Positions 26,974-38,087 of a DNA stretch of 64,000 bases are shown here, piece by piece. Each line of letters opens with the position of its first letter. Within the stretch, counting starts at the first letter, position 1. Origin of the DNA: an uncultured Gammaproteobacteria bacterium. Its GTDB lineage: Bacteria > Patescibacteriota > Patescibacteriia > Magasanikbacterales > UBA922. Made by a program: the position numbers and the translations under genes. The notes beneath the pieces were generated by a model, which was not told the origin of the DNA, ran no database searches, and was given only the letters and a program-made list of their open reading frames with translations. The stretch is taken from contig CAYSXR010000001.1 of the NCBI GenBank assembly GCA_964435035.1, positions 212,622 through 276,621 of the forward strand, written 5' to 3'.

Positions 26974-28854
26974 ATGTGCGGAATTGTCGGAGTAATACAT
27001 AAAAACTACGATATCAAGGAAAAATTGTTCCATGATATGGTTGCAGAGGTAAGTCATCGTGGCCCTGAACATCAAGGTCTCTGGTTTGCTTCGAATAAAA
27101 AAGTTGCACTCGGACATCGAAGACTTGCTATTATTGATGTATCAGCCGCAGGAAATCAACCCATGCAGATAGCAAATGGGCGCTACACAATTACATTCAA
27201 TGGTGAAATTTATAATTACCGTGAACTGAAGAGTGAGCTTGAAAAAAAGGGGTACCAATTCAAATCATTAAGCGACACCGAAGTATTATTGAATGCATAT
27301 GCAGAATGGGGTCATGAGTGTGTAAAAAAACTAAATGGCATGTTTGCGTTTGGTATTTGGGATGAAGAGAAAAAAGAATTGTTTGTAGCGCGAGATCATG
27401 TAGGGGAAAAGCCACTCAAATATTATGTTAGTGAAGAAAAGTTTATTTTTGCTTCTGAAATTAAAGCAATTTTAAAAGATGATAGTGTTACACGTGAGAT
27501 TGATTGGCCGGCTATTGATCTCGCGTTAAGTTTCCGCTATGTGCCTTCTCCATACACTGGATTTAAAGCGATAAAAAAATTACCCGCAGGACATTATCTG
27601 ATATGGAAGAATGGTAAAATTGAAATTACCAAATATTGGTTTCCAGAAACGATACAAGTACACAAAGGAAAAAGTGTAGATGGGTGGAAGACTGAATTAT
27701 GGGCTCTCTTCGCTGACTCTGTAAAAAAACGTTTAATGAGTGATGTGCCTCTGGGGGCATTACTGAGTGGTGGACTTGATTCAACATCAGTTGTTGCGGC
27801 AGCACATGAAGTATCGCTAGAAAAACTTAATACCTTTGTCATCAGTATTGGTGGAACAAGTAAGGACGTTGAATACGCAGAAATCGCAGCAAAATATTTC
27901 AATACCAATCACCACTCAATTGTTTTAGAAGATATTGATTTTTCTTCTGCATTATCTCGTTTAGGTAAGCAATATGACGAGCCATTTTTTGACCAAGCAG
28001 CACTTCCGACCATGCTTATAAGCGAGGCAATGAAAAAAGAGGTGACCGTAGTCTTGTCTGGAGATGGGGGAGACGAATTGTTTGGTGGCTACTCATCATA
28101 TGCACAAGTGCCATTTTTCAGGAAAATAAGCAGTAGCCCGAAGTTTTTGAGAGTATTATTGAGTCATATACTTAGAGTAAATAACAAGCGCTCATATCAG
28201 GCAGAAGTACTCTCACGATCGTTTGCAGAAATATATACTGAATATTATAGCCTCTGGAAAACATCGCTTCCGATAAGTCAGAGATATATTACCAAAGATG
28301 ATCTCTATCTTCCCGAGACCCGAAAGAAAATCCTTTCAGCAAATGCTTCTAATCTTATGCAAGAGTGGTTTTTCGGTAAGAGTACTGATGTGGTGAATAA
28401 CGTGATGCTCGCAGACATTAGAGGTCGTTTGCCAGATGGGTATTTGGCAAAAGTAGATTTTAGCGCTATGGTCCATGCGATTGAGACAAGACCCCCGTTC
28501 CTTGATCCACGTCTCGTTGAATTATCACTCTCAATTCCAAGTACATTAAAGATACAGAATGGTGTAGGAAAACATATCTGGAAAGAAACCGTAAAAGAAA
28601 AAATTCCTGCAACTATTATGAATCGCGCCAAAGCTGGATTTGGTATCCCACTTCATTCTCTGATGGTTGATGAAATGAAGGGTTTGGTTGAAGATAAAAT
28701 TATTCAGAGTGGATCGGGTATTCACCGGTATTTTTCAAAAAAAACAATAGAAAAACTATGGCATGATCACAAAGAAGGCAAAGTCGATTACAGTAATCAC
28801 CTCTGGTCACTACTTATGCTCGAACTATGGCTCAACGAATACCGCGCACAATAA
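26974..28854 (+). CDS. asnB: Asparagine synthetase B-type glutamine amidotransferase (WbpS/WbqG-like glycan amidotransferase candidate)
   Basis: MCGIVGV N-terminal nucleophile motif, the ATP-PPase loop SGGLDSTSV and an overall length of about 627 aa. Confidence 0.8.
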   Translation: MCGIVGVIHKNYDIKEKLFHDMVAEVSHRGPEHQGLWFASNKKVALGHRRLAIIDVSAAGNQPMQIANGRYTITFNGEIYNYRELKSELEKKGYQFKSLSDTEVLLNAYAEWGHECVKKLNGMFAFGIWDEEKKELFVARDHVGEKPLKYYVSEEKFIFASEIKAILKDDSVTREIDWPAIDLALSFRYVPSPYTGFKAIKKLPAGHYLIWKNGKIEITKYWFPETIQVHKGKSVDGWKTELWALFADSVKKRLMSDVPLGALLSGGLDSTSVVAAAHEVSLEKLNTFVISIGGTSKDVEYAEIAAKYFNTNHHSIVLEDIDFSSALSRLGKQYDEPFFDQAALPTMLISEAMKKEVTVVLSGDGGDELFGGYSSYAQVPFFRKISSSPKFLRVLLSHILRVNNKRSYQAEVLSRSFAEIYTEYYSLWKTSLPISQRYITKDDLYLPETRKKILSANASNLMQEWFFGKSTDVVNNVMLADIRGRLPDGYLAKVDFSAMVHAIETRPPFLDPRLVELSLSIPSTLKIQNGVGKHIWKETVKEKIPATIMNRAKAGFGIPLHSLMVDEMKGLVEDKIIQSGSGIHRYFSKKTIEKLWHDHKEGKVDYSNHLWSLLMLELWLNEYRAQ

Positions 28855-28865
28855 ACATTCTTGAA

Positions 28866-30167
28866 ATGAATGCAAACCTCGCATATGCTGGCGGACAGCG
28901 TAATATGGTTACGTTTGCAAAATATCTGCACAAGGATATGTTTTCAGTGACGGTATGTGCATATCACGGTGGAGGACCACTTGAGAGTGTTATTACATCG
29001 TTAGGAATTCCTTGTGTTGTTGCTGACGGTGATGTAGAAAAAATAGTTAGTATTATCAAGGAAAAAAATATTGATATTATCCATATCCATCGGTCAGGCG
29101 GGTATGTTGCAATTGAGACAAAAATATTACAAAGAGCAAAAGAGATCAATCCGAATATTATAATTATTGAAAAAAATGTGTTTGGTAAATTTGATCCAAC
29201 CGTTGACAGTATTATTGATTGCTCGCTCTTCCAGAGCATGATGCATATTCATGAGCGATATATACCAAAATCACATAAAGAATTTAATTTTGAAAAACAA
29301 AAGGTTTTGTATAACATGGTCGACCGGGAGGAGTTCGAGAGTTATCGAGTTTCAAAAGAGGAGATACAAAACTATCGAGAAAAAATTGGGGTTAAATCGG
29401 GTGAATATGTTATTGGTAAAATTGCTCGTCCAGCACTCGAAAAATGGAGTGATTTGTTAATTGATATGGTGCCTTATCTTGCGCGTGAGCTACAAGATTT
29501 TAAAGTAGTAATTATAGGGTGTCCTCCATCTCGGATACAAAGAATTAACAAAAGTCGGTATAAAAAATTCTTTATTCTACTTCCTGAAACAAGTGATCAG
29601 AAAGAAATTCATTTATTTTATCAATCCATTGATGTACTTGCACATAGTTCAAAAATTGGTGAATGTAATGGAAACACGATCAATGAAGCAATGTTTTGGA
29701 AAAAGCCCGTTCTTGTTAACTCTACCCCACGCAAAGATAATGGGCAGCTCGAGCAAGTAATTCATATGCAGAATGGAATTATTGCGAATACTCCTATGAC
29801 GTTTGCGCGTGCATTAGCATATCTCGGAACAAATGATGATGAGAGTAAGAAGATGGGTGAAGCTGGGTATGCACAAATACGGGCAGTGTATGATCCGGTA
29901 GTCGTAACCAAAAGGTTGGAAAAATTGTTTTTTGAAAAAATAGGTGCTAAAGATTTTTTAGCACCTGAAGAATATGTAAATATTGAATATTATCCAACTG
30001 AGCAGGAAATCAGAGACTACAAACAAGAATACAATATTCGTCTACAATGGGAATTTGGGAAACTTTCTACAGGAGATCGATTGCACCTCGTAGTATCTCT
30101 TCCGAGAAAATTTTATTTCAAAGTAAGGGATTTTGTTGAACATAAATGGAAATCATATGCAAAATAA
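28866..30167 (+). CDS. GT4-family (GT-B) glycosyltransferase
   Basis: GT-B architecture with a C-terminal EX7E-like region (GECNGNTINEAMFWKKPVLV). The start is chosen at the ATG at 28866. The listed ORF start at 28827 is also possible. Confidence 0.55.
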   Translation: MNANLAYAGGQRNMVTFAKYLHKDMFSVTVCAYHGGGPLESVITSLGIPCVVADGDVEKIVSIIKEKNIDIIHIHRSGGYVAIETKILQRAKEINPNIIIIEKNVFGKFDPTVDSIIDCSLFQSMMHIHERYIPKSHKEFNFEKQKVLYNMVDREEFESYRVSKEEIQNYREKIGVKSGEYVIGKIARPALEKWSDLLIDMVPYLARELQDFKVVIIGCPPSRIQRINKSRYKKFFILLPETSDQKEIHLFYQSIDVLAHSSKIGECNGNTINEAMFWKKPVLVNSTPRKDNGQLEQVIHMQNGIIANTPMTFARALAYLGTNDDESKKMGEAGYAQIRAVYDPVVVTKRLEKLFFEKIGAKDFLAPEEYVNIEYYPTEQEIRDYKQEYNIRLQWEFGKLSTGDRLHLVVSLPRKFYFKVRDFVEHKWKSYAK

Positions 30168-30975
30168 AAAAATTTCAGCGTGCTTAGTTGTGTATCATGA
30201 AGAGAAAGTTATTGAAAGATGTCTCAAAAGCATTCAAGGTTTGGTAGATGAGGTTATTGTCGTGCATGATGGACCGTGTACAGATCAAACAATTGAGATT
30301 GCTAAAAAGTATACTGATAAAATATTTATACGCGATCATGTGGGTATCATGGAAGCGCACTTAGTATTTGCATTTGAACAAGCACAAGGGGAATGGATCT
30401 TCCGAATTGATGCAGATGAATATGTAGATACTGCAGATTTTCAGAAAATTAAGGATAGAATTGAAGATAAAGAAGTAGACGCATTGATATTGAAATGGGA
30501 ATTGTGGAATGGGAAAAAGGTAATCACTTTTCCAGGATTACAAAAAATGTGCCTGGTTAGACGAGAGCATTTTCATTACCGCGGAATTCCACATGAAAAT
30601 GGATCAGTTGATGGAAGAATAGAAAAGCTCGATATTTTTCTCCATCATAGACCAGTATACAATAATATTGCATGGAAAAATTTCATGAGAAAAACCAGAC
30701 AGTGGGTACCTGTTCATGCGAGTTACTTTTTCCCTGAAGAAAGAAGTTTTTCATGTTTTAATGCAACACCTGACGCATGGCTCCAGCATACAGAAAAAGT
30801 AAGGAGATATATATGGTATTACGTGCTTATTGAGCCTATAAAGATGTCTTTGGGGCAGCTGAAAAATGGTTTATGGAGGAGTAGGTATGGGTGGCAGGTG
30901 GTATTGGAGAGGTCAGTCTATTATGGTATGCTGTACGGGCAAATTAAGAGACGAATGAATTCAAAAAAAGCCTAA
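30157..30975 (+). CDS. GT2 glycosyltransferase
   Basis: CLVVYHEEKVIERCLKSI...VVHDGPCTDQT and an IDADEY (DxD) motif are present. ATG at 30157. Confidence 0.6.
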   Translation: MQNKKISACLVVYHEEKVIERCLKSIQGLVDEVIVVHDGPCTDQTIEIAKKYTDKIFIRDHVGIMEAHLVFAFEQAQGEWIFRIDADEYVDTADFQKIKDRIEDKEVDALILKWELWNGKKVITFPGLQKMCLVRREHFHYRGIPHENGSVDGRIEKLDIFLHHRPVYNNIAWKNFMRKTRQWVPVHASYFFPEERSFSCFNATPDAWLQHTEKVRRYIWYYVLIEPIKMSLGQLKNGLWRSRYGWQVVLERSVYYGMLYGQIKRRMNSKKA

Positions 30976-30977
30976 AT

Positions 30978-32144
30978 ATGGATAAACATAGCACTCGGAT
31001 AGCCCTTGTTAGAGGAAACGGCATGAATTCGTGGGAGGGGATGATGTGGAATGATATGGGTGACCAGTTCACGGTCACTGGTTTTTGTTCACAAAAAAAC
31101 CTATTTCCTGTTGATGATCTTACATTTCCTATAGTTCGTCTCAAAACTAACACAGATATACCCGTGTACAATAAAATTTCTCTCCTTTTGTCGGGTGTAT
31201 TTCAGAAGATGTATGGACTTGAATCAGAGTTAAAAAATTATGCGATTGCGCATACCGTTGAATTGTATAATTATTATACCTATCAGGCCGTTCTAGCAAA
31301 GAAGATTCATAGAAATCTCAAAGTCGTGACGACTGTGTGGGATAACAGTTTTGGGCGTTTTGAGTATGAATACGCACTGTCTATGCGTCCGCCTGCATTT
31401 TGGAGAAAAAAGATGCAAAAAATTATTGATACAAATATTCAAGGTGTTGATAGATTTGTTGCGGTTAGTGAATATAGTAAAGAATTGCTCAAAGATTATG
31501 GAGTACCTGAAGAAAAAATAAGAGTAGTAATTCCTGGTCTGGTAGATATATCTGAAGAGAAAACATCATTAATCGAAAAATATAATCTAGCTGGTACGCA
31601 GTTTTTTCTCATGGTGAATAGACTAAAAAAAGAGAAAGGTGTGTATGATGTGCTCTATGCATGGAAAATGTATGTAAAGAATACTATACAGGAAAATCCA
31701 CTGCTCGTGATAGTTGGCGATGGTCCTGAGCGGGATAGTATGCTCAGGCTCATAAAAGAATGGGGGATCGAGAAAACAGTACGCTATATCAGACAATTAC
31801 CAAATCAAGAAATTCGAAATCTATATCATGATGCACGTGCCTTGATTTTGGGAAGTATTCCGACACCGTTGTGGCAAGAACAATTTGGATACGTGCTTGC
31901 TGAAGCATTGTCTTGTGGATGCCCAGTAATATCTACCTTGTCTGGTTCGATTCCCGAGGTAGTGAATGATGCTGGAATTTTGTGCCCTCCAGGCAGTCCG
32001 GTAGCTCTCGTAGAAGCAATGAGAAAATTGGAGGATCCATCAGTTATGACAGACTATCGACGCAAAGCGGCGCAATCAAAAGTGCGATTTGCACAAAGTC
32101 GTTTTCAAAAAGAAATGAGTGATATCTATTCTGAATTAGTATGA
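30978..32144 (+). CDS. GT4-family glycosyltransferase
   Basis: C-terminal [29 protein letters not shown] motif (EX7E region) of retaining GT-B enzymes. Confidence 0.7.
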   Translation: MDKHSTRIALVRGNGMNSWEGMMWNDMGDQFTVTGFCSQKNLFPVDDLTFPIVRLKTNTDIPVYNKISLLLSGVFQKMYGLESELKNYAIAHTVELYNYYTYQAVLAKKIHRNLKVVTTVWDNSFGRFEYEYALSMRPPAFWRKKMQKIIDTNIQGVDRFVAVSEYSKELLKDYGVPEEKIRVVIPGLVDISEEKTSLIEKYNLAGTQFFLMVNRLKKEKGVYDVLYAWKMYVKNTIQENPLLVIVGDGPERDSMLRLIKEWGIEKTVRYIRQLPNQEIRNLYHDARALILGSIPTPLWQEQFGYVLAEALSCGCPVISTLSGSIPEVVNDAGILCPPGSPVALVEAMRKLEDPSVMTDYRRKAAQSKVRFAQSRFQKEMSDIYSELV

Positions 32145-32836
32145 AAGTTTCGATTGTGATCCCGGTGTATAATGAAAAAAAAACCATTGAAGCACTTCTC
32201 TCAAAAGTAGCATCTGTTGTAGTACCTGGCTGGGAGAAAGAAATAATTGTAGTTGAGGATTGTTCAGTTGATGGAACCAATGAAATTCTCAAAAGATTGG
32301 ATGCTAGCCTATATCGGGTTATTTTTCATACTGAAAATCAGGGTAAAGGAGGTGCGTTGCATACAGGCTTTGCAGCAGCGACAGGGGATTATATTTTGGT
32401 ACAAGATGCAGACCTTGAATATGATCCAGAAGAATATCAGAAATTACTAGAGCCAGTTACTAAGTATGGTGCAGATGTGGTATATGGATCACGATTTATG
32501 GGAGGTGGGGCGCATCGGGTGGTATATTTTTGGCATTACGTGGGCAATAGATTTTTGACGTTGTTGTCGAATATGTTTACAAATCTGAATCTCACAGACA
32601 TGGAAACGTGCTATAAATTATTTAGACGAGACATATTACAAAAAATAACACTTGAGCAAAAACGTTTTGGGTTTGATCCAGAAGTAACTGCAAAAGTAGC
32701 CCGAATAAAGCCGATCAAAATATTTGAGGTAGGTATATCATACAACGGAAGAACATATGCTGAAGGAAAAAAAATCACCTGGAAAGACGGGTTTAGAGTA
32801 ATATATTGTATTATCAAATATGGATTATTTAAGTAA
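32141..32836 (+). CDS. GT2 polyprenyl-phosphate sugar synthase (Dpm1-like)
   Basis: [14 protein letters not shown]...[10 protein letters not shown] and [13 protein letters not shown] are typical of DPM1/GtrB-type GT2 enzymes. Length is 231 aa. Confidence 0.7.
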   Translation: MKVSIVIPVYNEKKTIEALLSKVASVVVPGWEKEIIVVEDCSVDGTNEILKRLDASLYRVIFHTENQGKGGALHTGFAAATGDYILVQDADLEYDPEEYQKLLEPVTKYGADVVYGSRFMGGGAHRVVYFWHYVGNRFLTLLSNMFTNLNLTDMETCYKLFRRDILQKITLEQKRFGFDPEVTAKVARIKPIKIFEVGISYNGRTYAEGKKITWKDGFRVIYCIIKYGLFK

Positions 32837-34016
32837 TTTATTTAGGAATTCAAATAAAGTAGTAGTTTTATTTTTTTTAGTGGTTTTGAATTTAATTGTA
32901 TTTAGTAGCATTTTTGGTTTCCATGCAACAAGTGACACTGATAGCTTTGTCCTTGCAATTGATTTTTTTAAAGGAAGTGGCGACATCATTTACCCAAATC
33001 GCTATCTGAATCCTTTCTACCCAGTAGTTGCTTCCACACTACTTCCTTTTTTGTCAGCGGCACAGAGTATCGTAGTCATAAATATATTTTTTTATTTTGG
33101 AATTGTATTTCTTACCTACGGACTTGTACGTAGAGTTTTCAAAAACAATGTTACGGGATTTATTGCTGCGCTAATGATTATGACCGCGTATCCCATGCTT
33201 CGATATGGACTATTGCAGGTTCAGGACATTGGAGGTTATTTCTGGTTTCTCGCTACGATCTATACCTCGTGGAGATGGTATGAAGACAAGGATTGGAGAT
33301 GGCTTGCATTGGGGAGTATCTCGGTTGCGTTTGGTGTCTTGACCAAAGAGAGCGGATGTATGGGCGCATTATTTACCGGGCTTTTGATTCTTGGTACTCG
33401 TGGTTTTTCATGGAAAAAGAAAGTAATGCTCATTGTAGGTTTTGCCTTGCTCCCACTTATCACTATTATCATTAATGCCGTAAGAGGAAATGATGTTGGG
33501 TATAGTTCAGCACAATGGTTTATTGATAATTGGCATGTGTACGCACCTGGAAATTACACGATAGTAAAATGGCTCGGAGTAAACCTTACGACATATAACA
33601 TGTTGTGGATTTTTATTGCGTATGGTTCTTATATCCTAATAAAAAATCGAAAGACGCTTGATCCGCAAATCATGAAGTATTTATTATTCATGATTCCCTC
33701 AAGCGCGTCATACTTTGCGTGGCCCATGTTTATCGGAAGAACTGTTCTTATTTCAGCTTGGTTTTTTATTCCAGTAGCAGCTTTTGCACTATCCTATATC
33801 ATAAGCCGTGGAGGGAAGTATCGATTGCTAGGTATTGGATTAGTGATCGTATGTGTTATTACACCGTATATTTTGCAATATATTATCGCCTATGCGCCAC
33901 TATTTTCTATTTTGGAAATTTGTCATTACAATCCGGTTTGTAGTGTTCAGTATTTTGTAGAGCATTGGTATGAATTTAGTCGAACTGGTGTCTATTCAGC
34001 TCCATTGGTGAATTAA
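32820..34016 (+). CDS. Polytopic membrane protein, putative GT-C-type glycosyltransferase
   Basis: About 11 TM helices with Trp/Tyr-rich loops. It lies between two Dpm1-like GT2 genes. Confidence 0.4.
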   Translation: MDYLSNLFRNSNKVVVLFFLVVLNLIVFSSIFGFHATSDTDSFVLAIDFFKGSGDIIYPNRYLNPFYPVVASTLLPFLSAAQSIVVINIFFYFGIVFLTYGLVRRVFKNNVTGFIAALMIMTAYPMLRYGLLQVQDIGGYFWFLATIYTSWRWYEDKDWRWLALGSISVAFGVLTKESGCMGALFTGLLILGTRGFSWKKKVMLIVGFALLPLITIIINAVRGNDVGYSSAQWFIDNWHVYAPGNYTIVKWLGVNLTTYNMLWIFIAYGSYILIKNRKTLDPQIMKYLLFMIPSSASYFAWPMFIGRTVLISAWFFIPVAAFALSYIISRGGKYRLLGIGLVIVCVITPYILQYIIAYAPLFSILEICHYNPVCSVQYFVEHWYEFSRTGVYSAPLVN

Positions 34017-34021
34017 TGTAT

Positions 34022-34714
34022 ATGCTGCACGTATCACTTATTATCCCTACATATAATGAAGCAAAAAATCTACCCTTATTGGTCAAAGAAGTTTTTGATG
34101 CTATAGATCGGTCACAGATTGATTTGGAGCTTATTATTGTTGATGATAATTCTCCTGATGGTACGGGCGCTGTTGCTGAAGAATTGGGTAAGGCCTACCC
34201 GGTAAGAACTGTACATCGGTCAGGGAAATTGGGTTTAGGAAGCGCAGTTCGTGCAGGATTTGATGAGTCGAAGCGTGACTACCTGGGAGTTATGGATGCT
34301 GATTTGAGTCATGATCCGAGTGTGCTCAATTTTATGATTATGTCTTTGACTGAGTATGATATTGTACTCGGAAGCAGATTTGAAAAGGGGAGTGTTGTGG
34401 AACAATGGAAATGGTGGCGCGCATTGATTTCAAAAGTGGGGGTTGCATTGACCTATGTATTAACAGGAGTCCGGGATCCTTTGAGCGGGTATTTCTTTTT
34501 ACGTAGATCGGTAATTAATAACACTACTCTCGATACTACGGGATATAAAATATTACTTGAAATTCTTATTAAGGGGTCATATAAAAAAGTTAAGGAAGTA
34601 CCCTTTAGATTTCGAATCAGAAAATTCAGTACATCAAAACTTGATGGTAAGGAGCATTTGCTATTTTTAAAACAAGTTATCGCGTATACTTGGTATAAGA
34701 TTTGTAAAAAATAA
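34022..34714 (+). CDS. GT2 polyprenyl-phosphate mannose/glucose synthase (Dpm1-like)
   Basis: VSLIIPTYNEAKNL...IIVDDNSPDGT and VMDADLSHDP motifs. Confidence 0.7.
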   Translation: MLHVSLIIPTYNEAKNLPLLVKEVFDAIDRSQIDLELIIVDDNSPDGTGAVAEELGKAYPVRTVHRSGKLGLGSAVRAGFDESKRDYLGVMDADLSHDPSVLNFMIMSLTEYDIVLGSRFEKGSVVEQWKWWRALISKVGVALTYVLTGVRDPLSGYFFLRRSVINNTTLDTTGYKILLEILIKGSYKKVKEVPFRFRIRKFSTSKLDGKEHLLFLKQVIAYTWYKICKK

Positions 34715-34715
34715 C

Positions 34716-36269
34716 ATGTTGGTACGCATTAAAAACTGGATAAAAAACAACTTACCGCTAGTTCTCATACTTAGTTTATCTATATTTTTATTGTTATTTA
34801 GAATAAATTATCGGACATTCTGGATGGATGAAACCATGATCTTGAATTATTTCCATCAAGGAATTTTTGAGTTTATTGCCGAATATATACGGTTTCCAGA
34901 TAATCATCCCCCTTTGTACTATTTTTTGGCTCTGATGGTGAGTAAAGTGTTACCATGGTCAGAATTGACCGTGAGGCTTATCTCAATACTCTCTGGCTTC
35001 GGTATCGTATTACTCACATATCGGTTCACCTATCGCGTTACGAATGCCAAAAAGACGGCACTACTTACAGCTTTTTTTACTGCATTCTCTTCATACTTTA
35101 TTTTGATTTCACAGATGGCTCGATACCATAGCTTTGCAGGGCTAAGCGCATTATTAGCAATGTATTACTTCTATCGTTTATATGTAGAAGGGTATGAAAA
35201 GAAATTGTGGGTCTATTATCTGGGTGCGCTTATATTAACAGGATATGTTGACTATCCTCATTTTATTTATGCAGTGCTTATTACGAATGCGTTTATTCTA
35301 TATCGCACAATTCGTACACAAGCAATTGTCACCTTTAAAAATTGGTTTCTTGGAAATCTGTTAGTTGCTGTAGCGTGCACACCACTTGCTTGGATGCTCT
35401 ATCATAGGATTTTTATTCAAGGAGATGGTGGATGGGAAAATGTAAATTTACTAGGTAATTCACTGGTAAATATCTTCGCTGGTATTTTGTTCCATATATA
35501 TGTATTTTTCTTTGGAGAAAATATATTTCCGTGGAACTATGTTATTTTTACCATAGGATGTCTGGCACTCGGGGGAATGCTTGTGGGGTTAGTTAAACTT
35601 ATACAAAAACGACAGGTTAGTCGTCCTGGGATATTCGTTGTCATGTTGTTTCTAGTTAGTATTATGGTAAACACGGTATTCATGAACGTCATGAATCCTA
35701 GATACAATTTTACCGTATATCCAAAATTTGGTTTTGTAGCCTATGCATTAGGTGTTATGGTTTTTGTATTGTGTATCTCAAGTGTAACATCAAAAAAAAT
35801 ACAAAATACTTTGTTTATAGCATGGTTGTTGGTTGCTTCTGCAGGATTGTATCATTTTTATACAGCGAATAATTATCTTAATCCAAGCTATTTCCGTACG
35901 TTTGAATCTTTTGAATATGTACGTGACGCATCTCAAGAGGGGGATTATCTTGCAATTACCCCTGATGCGAGTGAAGGATTGTATCTTTTTTATAAAGAGA
36001 GTTATCTAGAAAACGTGACTCCTTTAGATTGGAAAAATTTTCAATCATCAACCATGCTAGTGTCATCTCGTGTATGGTTCTTCTCAACCGGAGAAGATGG
36101 TGAGGGAGAAAGTGTAACTACTGAAAAAAAAGTTCCCGAAGGGTATAAAATTATTGAGCGTTTTGATAGTGTACCGCTTGATCCAGTGTTCAAAGAACTA
36201 AAAGAGAAATTTTTACATAGACCAAGTTATACATATAAATATACCGTATTTTTACTTGAAAAAATATGA
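34716..36269 (+). CDS. GT-C glycosyltransferase of the PMT/ArnT (GT39/GT83) type
   Basis: The N-terminus LLLFRINYRTFWMDETMILNYF...DNHPPLYYFLALMV resembles the first-loop DE motif region of PMT/ArnT enzymes. About 12 TM helices are followed by a C-terminal soluble domain. Confidence 0.55.
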   Translation: MLVRIKNWIKNNLPLVLILSLSIFLLLFRINYRTFWMDETMILNYFHQGIFEFIAEYIRFPDNHPPLYYFLALMVSKVLPWSELTVRLISILSGFGIVLLTYRFTYRVTNAKKTALLTAFFTAFSSYFILISQMARYHSFAGLSALLAMYYFYRLYVEGYEKKLWVYYLGALILTGYVDYPHFIYAVLITNAFILYRTIRTQAIVTFKNWFLGNLLVAVACTPLAWMLYHRIFIQGDGGWENVNLLGNSLVNIFAGILFHIYVFFFGENIFPWNYVIFTIGCLALGGMLVGLVKLIQKRQVSRPGIFVVMLFLVSIMVNTVFMNVMNPRYNFTVYPKFGFVAYALGVMVFVLCISSVTSKKIQNTLFIAWLLVASAGLYHFYTANNYLNPSYFRTFESFEYVRDASQEGDYLAITPDASEGLYLFYKESYLENVTPLDWKNFQSSTMLVSSRVWFFSTGEDGEGESVTTEKKVPEGYKIIERFDSVPLDPVFKELKEKFLHRPSYTYKYTVFLLEKI

Positions 36270-37123
36270 ACTGTATCAATTGCAAAAATCAGATGACGTA
36301 TTACTTTACCAAAAAAGGTTTTAAAATTTTCAAATGCACTCACTGCAAGCTGCTTGCCGTAGAAAATGTGCCCGAAGACTTGGCGCCTTTTTATTCAGAA
36401 GGATATTTTACTGGTGATGTGACGCTTGATGGGTACATGGACTATGAGCTCGATAAAGAAGTTACTAAAAGCACATACGTGTATTACCTAGATAAAATTC
36501 AGGAGCAATTACAAGGCAAAAAAAATCCAAAACTTTTTGAAGTGGGTTGTGCAACTGGATTTTTTTTACAGCTTGCAAAAGATCGTGGATGGGAAGTGAG
36601 TGGGATAGATGTGTCAGAATATGCGATAAAAAAAGGACAAGAAAAAGGGCTTGATGTTGTGGTCGCTGCTATTGAAGATATTACCAGCGAAGTAAAAAAA
36701 GATGTGGTCGCAATGTATGACCTTATCGAACATGTAAAAGATCCACTGGGTGTATTACAAAGAACAAGAGAAATGCTTGTACCAGGTGGAATGATCGTGC
36801 TGACTACGCCTGATGCAGGGAGTCTGTGGGCACGTGCATGGGGTAGTAAGTGGCATGCGTTTGTGCCCCCACAACATCTGTTTTATTTCTCAGATAAAAA
36901 TTTGTGCGATATTTTAGTTGTACATGGATTTGAAGTGGTTACGGTTGCACACCATGGAAAACGTTTTGCAATTCCGTATATTATCCGGTTATTGTATAGC
37001 TGGACTGGATTAAAATTATTTTCAAAGCTTGCAGAATGGTCGTCTCATTCATTTTTGAAGAACATTGCTATTCCGATTAATCTACGGGACACAGCGTTTA
37101 TTATTGCTCGAAAGAAAAGTTAA
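36266..37123 (+). CDS. Class I SAM-dependent methyltransferase with N-terminal Cys4 zinc-ribbon
   Basis: CINCKN...CTHCK zinc ribbon, then VGCATGFFL (motif I) and LVPGGMIVLTTPD. Confidence 0.6.
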   Translation: MNCINCKNQMTYYFTKKGFKIFKCTHCKLLAVENVPEDLAPFYSEGYFTGDVTLDGYMDYELDKEVTKSTYVYYLDKIQEQLQGKKNPKLFEVGCATGFFLQLAKDRGWEVSGIDVSEYAIKKGQEKGLDVVVAAIEDITSEVKKDVVAMYDLIEHVKDPLGVLQRTREMLVPGGMIVLTTPDAGSLWARAWGSKWHAFVPPQHLFYFSDKNLCDILVVHGFEVVTVAHHGKRFAIPYIIRLLYSWTGLKLFSKLAEWSSHSFLKNIAIPINLRDTAFIIARKKS

Positions 37124-37124
37124 T

Positions 37125-38087
37125 ATGGTTTCACTGATTATTACGGTAAAAAATGAAAGTGCAAATATCAGAGACTGGTTTCAGAGTCTTAAAGTTCAGA
37201 CAAGATTTCCTGATGAGATCGTGATTGTTGATGGCGGGTCAACTGATGGAACCTGGGAATATCTTCAGAGTATTGCTTCAGACGTGGTTAGAGTATTTCA
37301 AGAAAAAGGCAATATCGCTCATGGGAGGAATTTTGCAATCAGTCATGCTGTGGGAGATATTATTGTAGCGACTGACGCGGGGTGCATATATGTAAACGAT
37401 TGGCTCGAGCGCATTCTCGTGCCATTGGAGACCGGAGAAGTGCAAAGTGCTGCCACGGCTTTCAAACCATGGTTAAAAGCGGATGATAGTCTGGTGGTTG
37501 CACTGATTGCTTCAGCAACAACTCCGATACAAAGAGAGTTTAGTAAAAAATGGTTTCCTTCAAGTAGGTCGTGTGCATTTTTTAAAAGCGTGTGGAGCGA
37601 AGTGGGTGGGTATCCAGAATGGATTCCCTATTGTGAGGATGTGATTTTTGATATACAAATAGAGAAAAAGGGGAATGAGATACTTTTAATCAATGATTTA
37701 TTGGTAGCGTGGAGGCCTCGACTGACAACCAGTGAGTATTGCAGACAATTGTACAATTACACGAGAAGTGATGCGCATGGAAAATTATTTTATGGTAGAC
37801 AATTTATACGGTTTGCTACATATGCGGCTTTGACTGCTTTAATAACTTTGGTCATTACATATTCATTGTGGATTGTTTTAGTGATTGCGTTGCTCGGGTC
37901 AATCTATATGATGAAGTTTTGGAACCGTTTTTTTGAGTTTTCAAAAACAAAAAAAATACCTAGTCGAATACTAGGATTTTTGTTATTACCATTTATTGTT
38001 TTGATTGGGGATGGTGCAAAGATGTGTGGCTGGATTGTGGGATTATTCGAACGATGGAGTGGGAAAATACAATACCAATCTTATTGA
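37125..38087 (+). CDS. GT2 glycosyltransferase with C-terminal TM helices
   Basis: VSLIITVKNESANI...IVDGGSTDGT and an ATDAGC motif. TM helices near the C-terminus. ATG at 37125. Confidence 0.6.
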   Translation: MVSLIITVKNESANIRDWFQSLKVQTRFPDEIVIVDGGSTDGTWEYLQSIASDVVRVFQEKGNIAHGRNFAISHAVGDIIVATDAGCIYVNDWLERILVPLETGEVQSAATAFKPWLKADDSLVVALIASATTPIQREFSKKWFPSSRSCAFFKSVWSEVGGYPEWIPYCEDVIFDIQIEKKGNEILLINDLLVAWRPRLTTSEYCRQLYNYTRSDAHGKLFYGRQFIRFATYAALTALITLVITYSLWIVLVIALLGSIYMMKFWNRFFEFSKTKKIPSRILGFLLLPFIVLIGDGAKMCGWIVGLFERWSGKIQYQSY

